A stretch of 63,357 nt of DNA from Thermoplasmatota archaeon (lineage in GTDB: Archaea > Thermoplasmatota > E2 > JACPAO01 > JAHFTW01), in assembly GCA_041659985.1 (NCBI GenBank), contig JBAZXE010000004.1, positions 1 to 63,357 on the forward strand. Reading direction: 5' to 3'. Of this stretch, positions 32,783 through 42,519 are shown piece after piece. The notes beneath the pieces were generated by a model. It made no database searches and was not told the origin of the DNA. It saw only the letters and a list, made by a program, of their open reading frames with translations. The position numbers and the translations under genes were made by a program. How positions within the stretch are numbered: the first letter of the stretch is position 1; each line of letters starts with the position of its first letter.

Positions 32783-34234
32783 TTAGAAGGGCAGGCTAGT
32801 CGGCTTGACCGTCAAGTGAAGGATGGCTCCCGTCGGCCCATCGATCCGGGCGTAGTATGGATAGAAGACGCCCGTCGTGGCCGTGAAATTCGGGTCATCG
32901 AAACTGACGTACACCTCGTACCCAGCCAAGTCCCTTGGTAGGGGGACGGACATGGTCCAGATCGTGGTCGCGTTGAGCCGCCGCTCATGCGAGAACCCCA
33001 TGGCTTGGAATTGATTGCTCAGGCCGCCGGCAAGGTCCGACGACCAGTTGGATGCCAAGACGGGATCGACGGTGGCGGACGAAGGGCTTGGCTCATCCTG
33101 GTGCCCTTCGTTGGAGGTCACTACATCGTACGTCGTGGAGGGGATGCCGGCGACGTAGGTGAGGGACTTGTGGAGCTTCACCCGGAGGGAATCGTGCGCC
33201 AGGGACGCGACCAGGATGACGTCGCTGTTGCGTTCGCCGTAGAGGTCGTTCGGGCTCTCGACGCGGGAGTCGAGCGTATGCTCGAACTGCTCCAGGATTC
33301 CGCCGTTCCCCATGAGGGCAGCATAGGCCGGAACCTCGCGGGTCGCGACGTCATGGGCCTCCGCGACCGGGAAGGCCAGCCCCTGGCCGAGACCTTGAAC
33401 GTAGAAAGGGGCATGGCGGGGCTCAGGCTCGAGGCCTTGCGACGCGCTCTGGAAGGCATCGTTCCCGCTCCCCCAGGATATGGGAGTCGCGCCGGCTGCG
33501 AACGATGAACGGGCGTAGACAATCGGCTCGGCCGCATCGTAGGATGACCCAGTCAAGAGCGCCAGGATTCGGGTCGGAGTCGCTTCGAACTCGACGGGCC
33601 AAGGGTCGTGCGGGCACAGGGTGAACGGCCGCCCTGAGCCACTCCATGGCAGGGTTCGAACTACGCGGGCCCCGACGTCGAAGGAGCGGCAATGCCTGTC
33701 CATGTCGTCACGGGATCGACTTCCAACGTTGTAGTGGAGTGTCACCGACTCGACGAGCCGGTCAAGGGGGGCGATCGAGAAACCTGACTCAACGGAGCGC
33801 CCAGGAATCCAAGTCGGGCCCGAGCCGAACCCGCCTGGTAGGCCGCCGGCCGACCCAATGACGACAGCACGGTCATCGTGGCATACGAATGGGCCGGATA
33901 GTCCGCTGCCGGCGCCACGCAGATTGCCGCAGAATGCGATCTGGTTGACAATCAGCCCCGTGCGGAGCGCCACGACCTCCTCAAACCTGAACGACGCCCC
34001 ATCATCCCCCCTGGGCGAGTACGCCCAATCGATGACGGCGGCTTGGTGCGGACGGAGCAAACCGTCCCGGCGTTCCGCCAGGCCGGTGAGTTCGACGGTC
34101 AAGGTCGAGCCGTCGGACCCGGAATAGGTTACCCGATCGCCGATTCTTGGGGACGCGAAGTCGAACTCGGGTTCGCCGCTTAGGTCAACGCAACCAGACA
34201 GCAGGACAACGAATGCAACAGCGACAATCTTCAT
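32783..34234 (-). CDS. Secreted lipoprotein, unknown function
   Basis: MKIVAVAFVVLLSGC lipobox, 483 aa. Confidence 0.75.
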   Translation of the reverse strand: MKIVAVAFVVLLSGCVDLSGEPEFDFASPRIGDRVTYSGSDGSTLTVELTGLAERRDGLLRPHQAAVIDWAYSPRGDDGASFRFEEVVALRTGLIVNQIAFCGNLRGAGSGLSGPFVCHDDRAVVIGSAGGLPGGFGSGPTWIPGRSVESGFSIAPLDRLVESVTLHYNVGSRSRDDMDRHCRSFDVGARVVRTLPWSGSGRPFTLCPHDPWPVEFEATPTRILALLTGSSYDAAEPIVYARSSFAAGATPISWGSGNDAFQSASQGLEPEPRHAPFYVQGLGQGLAFPVAEAHDVATREVPAYAALMGNGGILEQFEHTLDSRVESPNDLYGERNSDVILVASLAHDSLRVKLHKSLTYVAGIPSTTYDVVTSNEGHQDEPSPSSATVDPVLASNWSSDLAGGLSNQFQAMGFSHERRLNATTIWTMSVPLPRDLAGYEVYVSFDDPNFTATTGVFYPYYARIDGPTGAILHLTVKPTSLPF

Positions 34235-34282
34235 TGCAGGCCTCGAAGGAAAAGAAGGGGGAAAAGGGATCGGGTGGCGTGC

Positions 34283-34783
34283 CTAGAGGCCGCAGAACGT
34301 CGATTGGTCGACCGCGCTGATGCCCAAGAGCGAGTTCGACGTGGCAATGGCTGTGCCGCAACCGAAGTCGGGGCCGACAGCGATGCCGTTGCCGTTCGTC
34401 GTGCAGCCCGTTCCGACCCAGAGGCAGGCGATGCCGGGGTCAGACCCCGTCAACGACCCGACTCCTCCGACCAAGCCGCCGTGGAATCCCTTGGCCGTGG
34501 CGGCGCAGTTGCCGCCGGCCCAGGAGTGGCAGGAGGCGTCCCAACCGGCGCAGGCATAGACCAGGGTGCCGCCGCATCCGAGGCTGCCAATGTCGATGTC
34601 CCGGATTTCGGGCACCTCAGGGACGTTCACTTCCCTGCATTGGAGGCTTGCATCGGTGAGCGTGTCCAACATCTCGCCGGCGGCCTCGCAGGCATCCGGC
34701 GCCACGAAAGCGCTGCTCGCCGGCGTGGTCGCCAGCGCAATCAAAAACACACTCATCACGGCAGTCATCGTCGTTCGCATCAT
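34283..34783 (-). CDS. Secreted Cys/Gly-rich protein (10 Cys), unknown function
   Basis: In-frame ATG-ATG at 34783 of ORF 34283..35449. MMRTTMTAVMSVFLIALATTPASSAF signal, then 10 Cys in about 140 aa. Third codon positions are strongly G/C. The upstream part of the listed ORF is R/P/S-rich junk. Confidence 0.6.
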   Translation of the reverse strand: MMRTTMTAVMSVFLIALATTPASSAFVAPDACEAAGEMLDTLTDASLQCREVNVPEVPEIRDIDIGSLGCGGTLVYACAGWDASCHSWAGGNCAATAKGFHGGLVGGVGSLTGSDPGIACLWVGTGCTTNGNGIAVGPDFGCGTAIATSNSLLGISAVDQSTFCGL

Positions 34784-34793
34784 CAGAAACACC

Positions 34794-34811
34794 GAACTCG
34801 CAATCGAGTTC
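34794..34811. promoter_or_regulatory. Perfect palindrome GAACTCG-CAAT-CGAGTTC just upstream of the Cys-rich gene
   Basis: 7-nt arms with a 4-nt spacer, 11-28 nt upstream of ATG 34783. Confidence 0.4.
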
Positions 34812-34862
34812 AATCTACAGGGCGGCCGTGGGGGCATGAATCTTCGCGCTTTGGGCCCGGAC

Positions 34863-36140
34863 CTATCGACTCGCTGGCCCCCAAGGGTAGTCGCCGGCTG
34901 CCAGCGCCGCATTCGGCTCCGAACGGACGTACTGCAGCTGCTCCTCGGGACCGCCCTCGGTCGGGCGCAACTTGCTGTATGCAACGTGGACGGCGCCGTC
35001 GGGACCGACCTCGCACTGGAAGAAATCCAAGAGGTCGCGGCCCAAGGCACCCGTGAAGACCGGTTCCGCATCGGCGATGGTGACCGCCCAGGTGCCGTTC
35101 TCGCCGTTGCCCAGGCTGTGCGCCACGTGCACGAACCACTCGGAGGTCGGGCCGATCTTGGCGTCGGGAGTGCCGTACCAGCATAGCGCCGCAGTGCCTG
35201 CCGCGGCGCCCGTGGCGAACCACGGCATGCGATGATTGCCGGCGGGCGAGACCTTGACCGGCTCGTTCCAGGCCCCGTCCGCGTCGCGGCGAGCCACGAA
35301 CAGTTCGTCATCTTCGCCGCCGGCGCCGAACATGGAGCCCGCCCCATCGAAGGCGGCGACGGGGAAGTTGCCCCCGGCCGGGATGGTGCTGGTCTCCTGC
35401 GACCACGTGAGGCCGCCGTCGCGCGTGACGTCGGCGAGGCGGAAGCCATCCTGTGATGAACCGCCGATGACCCACAGTTCGCCGTCGGCGGGGCCTTTCA
35501 CGGCGTTGCCCAACCCATACCCTGCCGTGAACACGGGCTGCGGTGTCCAGGTGCGCCCGGTGTCTTGCGACGTGTAGACGTTCGTGCTCGTGCCGGTGTT
35601 GTAGACGTAGTAGAGGCGCCCATCGCCCTCGGCGCGGATCCAGTCGCGGTCCACGATGGGGACGGCGGGCCATTTGGTGTGGTGCAGGAAGGTGCCGTCC
35701 TTGTCCCATACCGTGACTTGGAACGTGCCGGCGAACTCGATGTCAGCGAAGTAGATGCGACCCTCGCCGTCGACGGCGAAGTCCCCTTCGATGCCGAACT
35801 GTTCGCGCACTTGCGTGCTGGTGGCAAGGTCCGTGAAGGTTGCTCCGCCGTCGCGACTGACCAAGACGGGCGGAGGCACCGTAAGGCAGCAGACGCCGGA
35901 GACATAGATGGTGCCCGCACCGTCCACCTCGACGCTGGGTTCGCCCAACCCGCAATCGCCGTCGGTGAGCGAATCCTGGCAGTTCGTTCCGAAAGCGCCG
36001 GGGCGTGAGACAGAACCGAGGTCGACGAAGGGGCGGAAGCGCAGGGTCGTGCCGTCGTCCCCGTCGTCATCCATGGTGTCGGGTTCCCCGCTGAGGCAAC
36101 CGGGCAGAACTAGAAGGAGACCCAGGAGAAGGGCGCGCAT
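34863..36140 (-). CDS. BNR/Asp-box repeat (sialidase-like beta-propeller) lipoprotein
   Basis: LLLVLPGC lipobox. Asp-box motifs SRDGGATF, SQDTGRTW and TRDGGLTW. Confidence 0.8.
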   Translation of the reverse strand: MRALLLGLLLVLPGCLSGEPDTMDDDGDDGTTLRFRPFVDLGSVSRPGAFGTNCQDSLTDGDCGLGEPSVEVDGAGTIYVSGVCCLTVPPPVLVSRDGGATFTDLATSTQVREQFGIEGDFAVDGEGRIYFADIEFAGTFQVTVWDKDGTFLHHTKWPAVPIVDRDWIRAEGDGRLYYVYNTGTSTNVYTSQDTGRTWTPQPVFTAGYGLGNAVKGPADGELWVIGGSSQDGFRLADVTRDGGLTWSQETSTIPAGGNFPVAAFDGAGSMFGAGGEDDELFVARRDADGAWNEPVKVSPAGNHRMPWFATGAAAGTAALCWYGTPDAKIGPTSEWFVHVAHSLGNGENGTWAVTIADAEPVFTGALGRDLLDFFQCEVGPDGAVHVAYSKLRPTEGGPEEQLQYVRSEPNAALAAGDYPWGPASR

Positions 36141-36206
36141 GCGAACCGACCCTGATGTCCGCTCAAGGGCTTTGTGGGCCAGTGCAACGGGGCACTGCGC
36201 GATTGC

Positions 36207-36587
36207 TCAGAACCAGTGGAATGGCGGATCGAACAATGGGGTGAGCACCCAGACGCCCAACGCGACGCCGAGGCAGTCGAAGACGATGTCGGAAAGGGAG
36301 TTCTTCAGGGACTCGTGGCCGAACAGGATGCCGAAGCGAGCGAAGAACGGCGACAGGACGAGGATTTCCAACGGCTCCCACAACACCAGGATGAGGAGCG
36401 CGACGAAGGGCGCCATGACCCAGGCCATGAGCATCCCCGTGACCAAGTGGACCAGGCTCCAGATGTCGAACAGGGAGTTGTTGCGGCGATGCCGGGCGAG
36501 AAACTCGCGATGCGCGGGCCGGGCGCGTTCCGTCAACGGCCGATGCGATGACAGGCCGGCGGGAAAAGGATGTTGAGCGCGCTGCAC
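36207..36587 (-). CDS. Small membrane protein, unknown function
   Basis: 126 aa. Three hydrophobic segments after a basic N-terminus. Confidence 0.5.
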   Translation of the reverse strand: MQRAQHPFPAGLSSHRPLTERARPAHREFLARHRRNNSLFDIWSLVHLVTGMLMAWVMAPFVALLILVLWEPLEILVLSPFFARFGILFGHESLKNSLSDIVFDCLGVALGVWVLTPLFDPPFHWF

Positions 36588-36773
36588 CGGAAACTGAGCG
36601 AGGGCCGACCGTCGCCCTCAAGATGCCCCCGTCGTTCATTCCGGCAATGGCCAACTCCCATCCGAGGCCGCGGTCCAGGACGCCCGACAAGCCGTTGCCA
36701 GTGGTGCGGTTGCGGTCCGACGAGGGCGACGATGCCCCGCCGATGCAAGCGATGGCGGCGGCCTAGCCGACGG

Positions 36774-38048
36774 TTAAGCTGCGGCCTTGTGGACGACCTG
36801 GATGCCGTCCATGTTGCCGATGATGGCGTCGCCGAACTCGCTGCACTTGAGCAGCTTGGCCCCCGTCATGAGGCGCTCGAAGTCGTAGGTGACGCGCTTC
36901 TGCGCAATGGTCTTCTCGAGGGCGTGCTCGATGAGATCGGCGGCTTCGTTCCAGCCGAGGTGGTCGAGCATCATGACGCCGGACAGGATGACCGAACCGG
37001 GGTTGACCTTGTCCTGGTTGGCGTACTTGGGCGCCGTGCCGTGCGTGGCCTCGAAGACGGCGTGGCCGGACAGGTAGTTGATGTTCCCGCCGGGCGCGAT
37101 GCCGATGCCGCCGACTTGTGCCGCGAGAGCGTCGGAGAGGTAGTCGCCGTTGAGGTTCAGGGTCGCGATGACGTCGTACTCGGCCGGGCGCAGCAGGATC
37201 TGCTGCAGCATGGCGTCGGCGATGGCGTCCTTGACGACGATGCCGTTGGGCAGCTTGACCCACGGACCGCCGTCGAGCAACTGTCCGCCGAACTCCTTCA
37301 CGGCGACCTCGTAGCCCCAGTCGCGGAAGCCGCCCTCGGTGAACTTCATGATGTTGCCCTTGTGGACGAGGGTAACCGACTTGCGTTCGTGGTCGATGGC
37401 GAATTGGATGGCGGCGCGCACCAGGCGCTTCGTGCCCTCCTCGCTAACGGGCTTGATGCCGAAGGAGGATGTCTCGGGGAAGCGGATCTTCTTGACGCCG
37501 AGCTCGCTGACGAGGAAGTCGCGCAGTTTCTTGGCCTCGGGGGTGCCGGCCTTGAACTCGATGCCGGCGTAGATGTCCTCGGTGTTCTCGCGGAAGATCA
37601 CCATGTGGACCTTCTCTGGCTCCTTGACGGGGCTGGGAACGCCCGGGTAGTACGTCACCGGGCGAAGGCAAACGTAGAGGTCGAGGTGCTGGCGCAGCGC
37701 GACGTTGAGGCTGCGGATGCCGCCGCCGACGGGCGTCTCGAGCGGGCCCTTGATGGCCACGAGGTAGTGGTCGATGAGGTCGAGCGAGGCCTGCGGGAGC
37801 CAGTCGCCGGTGAGGTTGAACGCCTTCTGCCCGGCGAGAACTTCCATCCAGGCGATCTTGCGCTTGCCCTTGTAGGCCTTCTCGACGGCGGCGTCGAGCA
37901 CGCGCTTGCTGGCGCGCCAGATGTCGGGACCGGTGCCATCGCCCTCGATGAAGGGGATGATGGGGCGGTCAGGGACCTTGAGATGTCCGTTCTCGAGCGT
38001 GATGGCCGAACCGTCTTGCGGCACGACCGGGGCCCACACCTTCGCCAT
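36774..38048 (-). CDS. icd: NADP-dependent isocitrate dehydrogenase
   Basis: In-frame ATG 38048 of ORF 36774..38225. [57 protein letters not shown]. Confidence 0.95.
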   Translation of the reverse strand: MAKVWAPVVPQDGSAITLENGHLKVPDRPIIPFIEGDGTGPDIWRASKRVLDAAVEKAYKGKRKIAWMEVLAGQKAFNLTGDWLPQASLDLIDHYLVAIKGPLETPVGGGIRSLNVALRQHLDLYVCLRPVTYYPGVPSPVKEPEKVHMVIFRENTEDIYAGIEFKAGTPEAKKLRDFLVSELGVKKIRFPETSSFGIKPVSEEGTKRLVRAAIQFAIDHERKSVTLVHKGNIMKFTEGGFRDWGYEVAVKEFGGQLLDGGPWVKLPNGIVVKDAIADAMLQQILLRPAEYDVIATLNLNGDYLSDALAAQVGGIGIAPGGNINYLSGHAVFEATHGTAPKYANQDKVNPGSVILSGVMMLDHLGWNEAADLIEHALEKTIAQKRVTYDFERLMTGAKLLKCSEFGDAIIGNMDGIQVVHKAAA

Positions 38049-38072
38049 TGGGGGCCCGCTCACCTGAAGGGG

Positions 38073-38078
38073 TTTATC
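38073..38078 (-). promoter_or_regulatory. TATA-like box (GATAAA on the coding strand) for icd
   Basis: Centre is 27-28 nt upstream of ATG 38048. Confidence 0.45.
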
Positions 38079-38147
38079 AGGATTCGGGGCCGGCCACCAG
38101 GAAAAACGTCGGCAAAGCCCTGAAACCGCCACCCCCAATGCAGGAGC

Positions 38148-38966
38148 GTGCAACTGCGGTTCGGCCTCACCGCGTGGTCCAACTCCCACTTCGACAACGC
38201 GTTGTTCCCCCTCGGCACGCCGCACGACGAGTACCTGCCGCGCTATTCCAGCCTATTTTCCGTCGCCGAGGCCGACCAACTCTACCACCGTCTTCCCGGC
38301 GCGAAACTCTTGGAACCATGGATCGAGCAGACCCCGAAGGGCTTCAAGTTCCTCCCGAAAATGTGGAAGAAGGTCACGCACGAAGGCGGCGGCGTAGAGG
38401 AGGCGAAGACCTGGCTCGGCCTGCTTGAGCCGTTGCGCGCGGCGGGCAAACTTGGACCTATCCTTCTGCAACTTCCGCCCTCGATGAAGCGCGAGAAGGG
38501 CTGGGACCTCATCGCGCAGATTCTTGCGCTGGAGGAGCCGGGGACGTTTGCGTTGGAAGTGCGGAACCCATCGTGGTTCGTCGACGCCACGCAGGACCTC
38601 CTGACCACGCATGAGGCCGCCCTGGTGTGGGGGACGCACCCGAAAGCCTTCGCGCCGCCGTGGGCCACTGCGGAGTTCGGCTACGTGCGCTTCACCGGCA
38701 ACCTCGTCGATGTCAAGGGCCGCTACGTCACGCAGGCGGACCGCTTGCCCGACATCCTGGAGGTCCGCAAGCGCTTGCAGCAGGCGCCGTGGAAGGAGGC
38801 GTACGTCATCTCGACCAACCCGTTCGAGGGAAATGCCGCGGATTCCTTGCCCCGCATCGCCGCTGCCCTCGGCGACGAGGCGCTGGCCAAACGCCTGGAG
38901 CGCAAGCCTGGCGAAGTGTGGTTCCCCGCCGGCAAAGACGGCCGCAAGCAAGGCACTCTATTCTAG
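38148..38966 (+). CDS. DUF72-family protein
   Basis: [16 protein letters not shown]...[19 protein letters not shown]...[20 protein letters not shown] start. Confidence 0.85.
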   Translation: MQLRFGLTAWSNSHFDNALFPLGTPHDEYLPRYSSLFSVAEADQLYHRLPGAKLLEPWIEQTPKGFKFLPKMWKKVTHEGGGVEEAKTWLGLLEPLRAAGKLGPILLQLPPSMKREKGWDLIAQILALEEPGTFALEVRNPSWFVDATQDLLTTHEAALVWGTHPKAFAPPWATAEFGYVRFTGNLVDVKGRYVTQADRLPDILEVRKRLQQAPWKEAYVISTNPFEGNAADSLPRIAAALGDEALAKRLERKPGEVWFPAGKDGRKQGTLF

Positions 38967-39111
38967 CGACCGGACCCGAGAGCAACTTGACCAACAAGGA
39001 ACCCACGGAAACGCACGGAAAACTGCCGTTCCTTGGGCTCCATGCACACCTTGTCCCGTTCGGCGGGCGGTTGCGTCGGCTTTTTCGGGTGAAGGGACCG
39101 TCGCAGATCAC

Positions 39112-39729
39112 GTGCCCTCCTTCACGCGTTCCATCGTCGTCCGCCGCAGCCCCGAGCAGGTCTTCGCCGTCCTCGACGATCTCGAGCAAGCGCCACAGTG
39201 GATGCCCGCCATCCGGCGCATCGACATCCTGACCCCCGGCATGCGCATGGGCGCCGGCTTCAAGTGGCGCGAAACGCGGCGCATCTTCGGCGTCTTCCCG
39301 TTCAAGGTCGTCCTCACCGTCGTGGCGCACCATCAGCCGGAGACCTGGGGTCTCATGTTCAACGACGGCAAGGTGCAGGCGACGGCCACGTTCGAACTGG
39401 CCGCGCTGCCGGCAGGGACGCAAGTCACGTTCGTGGAAGAGGTCGAGGACCTGCAAGGAAAACCGGGGCGGGCCGAGCGGACGATGCGGAGGATGGAGAA
39501 GCAGGACGACGACCTGCTGGACCGGCTCAAGGCGCACGTCGAACGCACGACCGAAGAGCCCGCCGGATTGGTGCAGGACGCACCCGTCCTCAAGCCGGCC
39601 CGGGCCAGCAAGCCGAAGTCGAAGGCACGCAAGCCGACGAAGGATGCGAAGGCCAGCATCGCCACCAAGGCCAAGGCTGCCTCGGGCAAATCTGCCGCAA
39701 AGAAACGCGGTGCAGGCAAACCCAAGTAG
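39112..39729 (+). CDS. SRPBCC (START/polyketide-cyclase-like) protein with Lys/Ala-rich C-terminal tail
   Basis: GTG 39112 inside ORF 38611..39729. FTRSIVVRRSPEQVFAVLDDLEQAPQWMP ... and tail KPARASKPKSKARKPTKDAKASIATKAKAASGKSAAKKRGAGKPK. Confidence 0.7.
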   Translation: MPSFTRSIVVRRSPEQVFAVLDDLEQAPQWMPAIRRIDILTPGMRMGAGFKWRETRRIFGVFPFKVVLTVVAHHQPETWGLMFNDGKVQATATFELAALPAGTQVTFVEEVEDLQGKPGRAERTMRRMEKQDDDLLDRLKAHVERTTEEPAGLVQDAPVLKPARASKPKSKARKPTKDAKASIATKAKAASGKSAAKKRGAGKPK

Positions 39730-39749
39730 AGCCGGCCCGATTCCATCGC

Positions 39750-40427
39750 ATGGCCGGCCCCATCTCGCGCCGCGACTTCGTCAAGGGCGCCGCCGTCGCA
39801 GGTGCTTCCGCCGTGCTGGGAGTCGGGGCGTTGTCCCGAGTCCTGCCGATGCTGTCGGACGACCCGCCGGGGCCCGCGCCCATCGTGCGCCGCGACCCTG
39901 AAATGGACACCCTCACGCCGGTGACCCTGGCCGACCTTGTGGGCGACCCCGTCGTCGTCCACGTCGGCGAATGGGGCAGCCTCCCGGCCATCGTTTACAA
40001 GGTCCGCAGGGCGACATTGGAGGCCTCGTCGCGCCTGCGCGGCTACAACACCGCACAGCACGCCATCCAGCATCCCTCGGATTCCACCCTCGCAATTCTG
40101 GCCTACGGCGGGCAATGCACCCACCTGGGGTGCACGGTGGGATTCAATCGCACGCTCGGCGCGTCCACTGACGTCGACGACTACGACGGCGATGGCGTGC
40201 GGGAGGGGCGCGTCATGTGCCCCTGCCATCAATCGCAGTTCGACGTCTTCGACCTCGGCCGCAACATGCCGGGGCAGCCCGCCAAGCGTCCCCTGGACGT
40301 GTTGCCCATTCGTCTGGGTGAAGCGTTCGAGGGGTCGCCGACCCTCGTGGCGTCGCGCCGCATCGTGCAGGGCGCCTACCGGTCCGCCGACCTGCAGGGT
40401 TTGGGCGCGTCGTTCCGCCTCCCGTAG
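39750..40427 (+). CDS. Rieske [2Fe-2S] protein with twin-arginine signal
   Basis: ATG 39750 inside ORF 39198..40427. SRRDFVKGAAVAGASAV Tat signal, plus CTHLGC and CPCHQSQF cluster ligands. Confidence 0.85.
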   Translation: MAGPISRRDFVKGAAVAGASAVLGVGALSRVLPMLSDDPPGPAPIVRRDPEMDTLTPVTLADLVGDPVVVHVGEWGSLPAIVYKVRRATLEASSRLRGYNTAQHAIQHPSDSTLAILAYGGQCTHLGCTVGFNRTLGASTDVDDYDGDGVREGRVMCPCHQSQFDVFDLGRNMPGQPAKRPLDVLPIRLGEAFEGSPTLVASRRIVQGAYRSADLQGLGASFRLP

Positions 40428-41017
40428 TGAGGACTGACCGCGCAGGCTTTCCGAGGGGGCTGTCTCGCGGCGGCGTGGCCAAGCCTCTGCCGCAGCCGAC
40501 CGGCTGGGAATACATCCGCATCGGGCGCTCGGGCGTGCATGGGCGCGGCCTGTTCGCGGCGCGCGATTTGCCCAAGGGCACGTGCGTCATGGAATACAAG
40601 GGCGAGCGCGTGTCGAAGGCGGAAGGCAACCGCCGCACCGATGCCCAGTGGGCCAAGGGACGCGTCTACACCTTCGAATTGAGCACCCGCGTGGACCTGG
40701 ACGGCAGCGTGCGCTCCAACATGGCTCGCCTCGCCAATTTTTCCTGCGACCCGAACTGCGAGTCGGAGAACGAGGGCGGCCGCCACATCTGGATCAAGGC
40801 GGTGCGCGCCATCAAGGCGGGCGAGGAGATCACCTACGACTACAACTTCCCGCTCGTCGAACCTCCACCGGTGTGCAAGTGCGGCGCGAAGACCTGCCGC
40901 GGCTACATCGTCGGCGAAGACCATGTCAAGGACCTCAAGGCGTGGCTGGCCAAGCAGGCGGAACACAAGCCGGAGCGCAAGGCGGCGCGCCGGACGAAGG
41001 CCAAGCGGGCGCGCTGA
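40427..41017 (+). CDS. SET-domain protein lysine methyltransferase
   Basis: GVHGRGLFAARDLPKGTCVMEYKGE, RLANFSCDPNCE, EEITYDYNF, post-SET CKCGAKTCRG, and a basic tail. GTG 40427 overlaps the last base of the Rieske stop. Confidence 0.85.
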   Translation: MRTDRAGFPRGLSRGGVAKPLPQPTGWEYIRIGRSGVHGRGLFAARDLPKGTCVMEYKGERVSKAEGNRRTDAQWAKGRVYTFELSTRVDLDGSVRSNMARLANFSCDPNCESENEGGRHIWIKAVRAIKAGEEITYDYNFPLVEPPPVCKCGAKTCRGYIVGEDHVKDLKAWLAKQAEHKPERKAARRTKAKRAR

Positions 41018-41019
41018 GG

Positions 41020-41451
41020 CTACTTTTTCTTCGCCAGCTTCGCTTTGGCGAAGGCGGAGCCGACGGCGGCGTCCAGCGCCGGTTCAGGTCCCTGCATGGG
41101 ATTGATGCGGACCCAGCCGAACAGCTTGAACACCTGGCCGGCCGGCTCGCGCAGCGTGAACCCGGCGGCGGCCAAGGCCTTCTTTCCATCCTCGGGCAGC
41201 AAGAGCTCGACGGCGCCGGGCTCGGGGCCGGCGCGGAACAGGCGCACGAACTGGTTGCAGCCGACGATGAGGGCGACGTGCTCGGCGCCGAACTCGGCCT
41301 GCAGCTCGGCTCCGGCGGCCGCCGCCTGGGCCTGGCCTTCGCGCACGACGTGGAACAGGCGCTCCTTGTGCTCGGGCCCGACCGGCGTCCGCTCCAGAAG
41401 GCGGAGGGGGCGGTCGTCGCCGGCGGGCTGCGTCGGCGTGTGGCTGTCCAC
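41020..41451 (-). CDS. Hypothetical protein with Lys-rich C-terminus
   Basis: C-terminal part of ORF 41020..41943. The upstream part would overlap the PEBP gene start, so GTG 41451 is guessed. Ends in AFAKAKLAKKK. Confidence 0.4.
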   Translation of the reverse strand: MDSHTPTQPAGDDRPLRLLERTPVGPEHKERLFHVVREGQAQAAAAGAELQAEFGAEHVALIVGCNQFVRLFRAGPEPGAVELLLPEDGKKALAAAGFTLREPAGQVFKLFGWVRINPMQGPEPALDAAVGSAFAKAKLAKKK

Positions 41452-41527
41452 GACAGGCGGTGGGGGCTTCAGGACTTCAGGGCTTCGCTGCCAGCAGGCC
41501 TTTGGCCGCACGCCGCGATGACGTGGC

Positions 41528-41983
41528 ATGCCCGGGCTCAAGGTCACGTCGTCCGCATACTCGGAAGGCCAGGCCATCCCCGCCGAGTTCACTTGTGACG
41601 GGTCGGACCAGTCGCCGCCGCTGGTCGTCGAGGGAATCCCTCCTGGCGCCGCCTTCCTGGCCATCATTCTGGACGACCCGGATGCCCCGCGCGGGACGTG
41701 GACGCACTGGACGCTCTGGGACCTTCCCGCCAAGCACAACCACTTGCCGGCCGGCGTCGCCGTCAACTCCCTGGGAGCGCGGCAGGGGATGACGACGGCT
41801 GGGACCGTCGGATACCATGGGCCTTGCCCGCCCAGCGGGACGCACCGGTACATCGTGCACGCGTTCGCAACGGCGAAACCGTTGGGGTTGCCGGCGGGCG
41901 CCTCGGTCGAGGCCGTGCACGCCGCTCTCGCGGGCGTGGCCATGGCAAAGGGAACGTTGACCGGACGTTACGCCAGGTCCTGA
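41528..41983 (+). CDS. YbhB/YbcL-family phosphatidylethanolamine-binding protein (PEBP)
   Basis: FTCDGSDQSPPL, LDDPDAPRGTWTHWTLWD, GYHGPCPPSGTHRY. Confidence 0.9.
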   Translation: MPGLKVTSSAYSEGQAIPAEFTCDGSDQSPPLVVEGIPPGAAFLAIILDDPDAPRGTWTHWTLWDLPAKHNHLPAGVAVNSLGARQGMTTAGTVGYHGPCPPSGTHRYIVHAFATAKPLGLPAGASVEAVHAALAGVAMAKGTLTGRYARS

Positions 41984-42115
41984 GGAAAAACCCGGACAAG
42001 CGTTGGCCTGTGCAGGCAAGGTCAAATGCCGGTGAGCCACGCTTCTAAGCCGACTGGTACGGCGGTTGGTGTTGTCGCGACAGGCCTCAAAGGGACCTGC
42101 GGGTCTGATTGGAGT

Positions 42116-42268
42116 CTAGTTCTCGTGGATGGGGTCCAGTTCCAGCTTGAGCTTGCGGGGGCGGTCGGCCCAGGAATCCAAGATTTCCGTGGCGTCGCCG
42201 TCGAGGGAGAAGGCATCGACGCCGAGGTTGCGCCGCAGAACGGCCTGAAGGGGGTTGGGTTCGCTCAT
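42116..42268 (-). CDS. Possible 50-aa protein
   Basis: In-frame ATG 42268 of ORF 42116..42400 (MSEPNPLQAVLRRNLGVDAFSLDG...). No recognisable motif. Confidence 0.3.
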   Translation of the reverse strand: MSEPNPLQAVLRRNLGVDAFSLDGDATEILDSWADRPRKLKLELDPIHEN

Positions 42269-42519
42269 GCATCCACCAGGAAACGTTGCGACACCCCGCC
42301 AGGTCTTGAGCCTATCGTTGACAGGTTCGACATTCCGCGATAGGTCCACTGTCCTTTGCTCGCATCTTAGAACAGGCAAGCCAAACTCGAATATGTTCAC
42401 CCCCAGCGGCTCTGCTGGTCAATTTTGTTCAATGGACTGGTCGTTTCGGCGGTCTGTTGTCGAACAGCGCCATGCTCGTCATATTCGCCCTCCGGCCCTG
42501 TTGGCCTGAGGTCGCCACA

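Noticed and set aside
34784-35449. Upstream 222 codons of listed ORF 34283..35449
   Set aside because: This part is Arg/Pro/Ser/Ala-rich and overlaps the BNR lipoprotein gene in another frame. Only the part from ATG 34783 looks like a protein (signal peptide, G/C third positions).
36570-38123. 517-aa + strand ORF
   Set aside because: It is antisense to icd, one of the most confidently identified genes here.
41452-41943. N-terminal part of ORF 41020..41943
   Set aside because: It would overlap the well-supported PEBP gene (its ATG 41529 even overlaps ATG 41528 of PEBP). I kept only the C-terminal part from GTG 41451, at low confidence.
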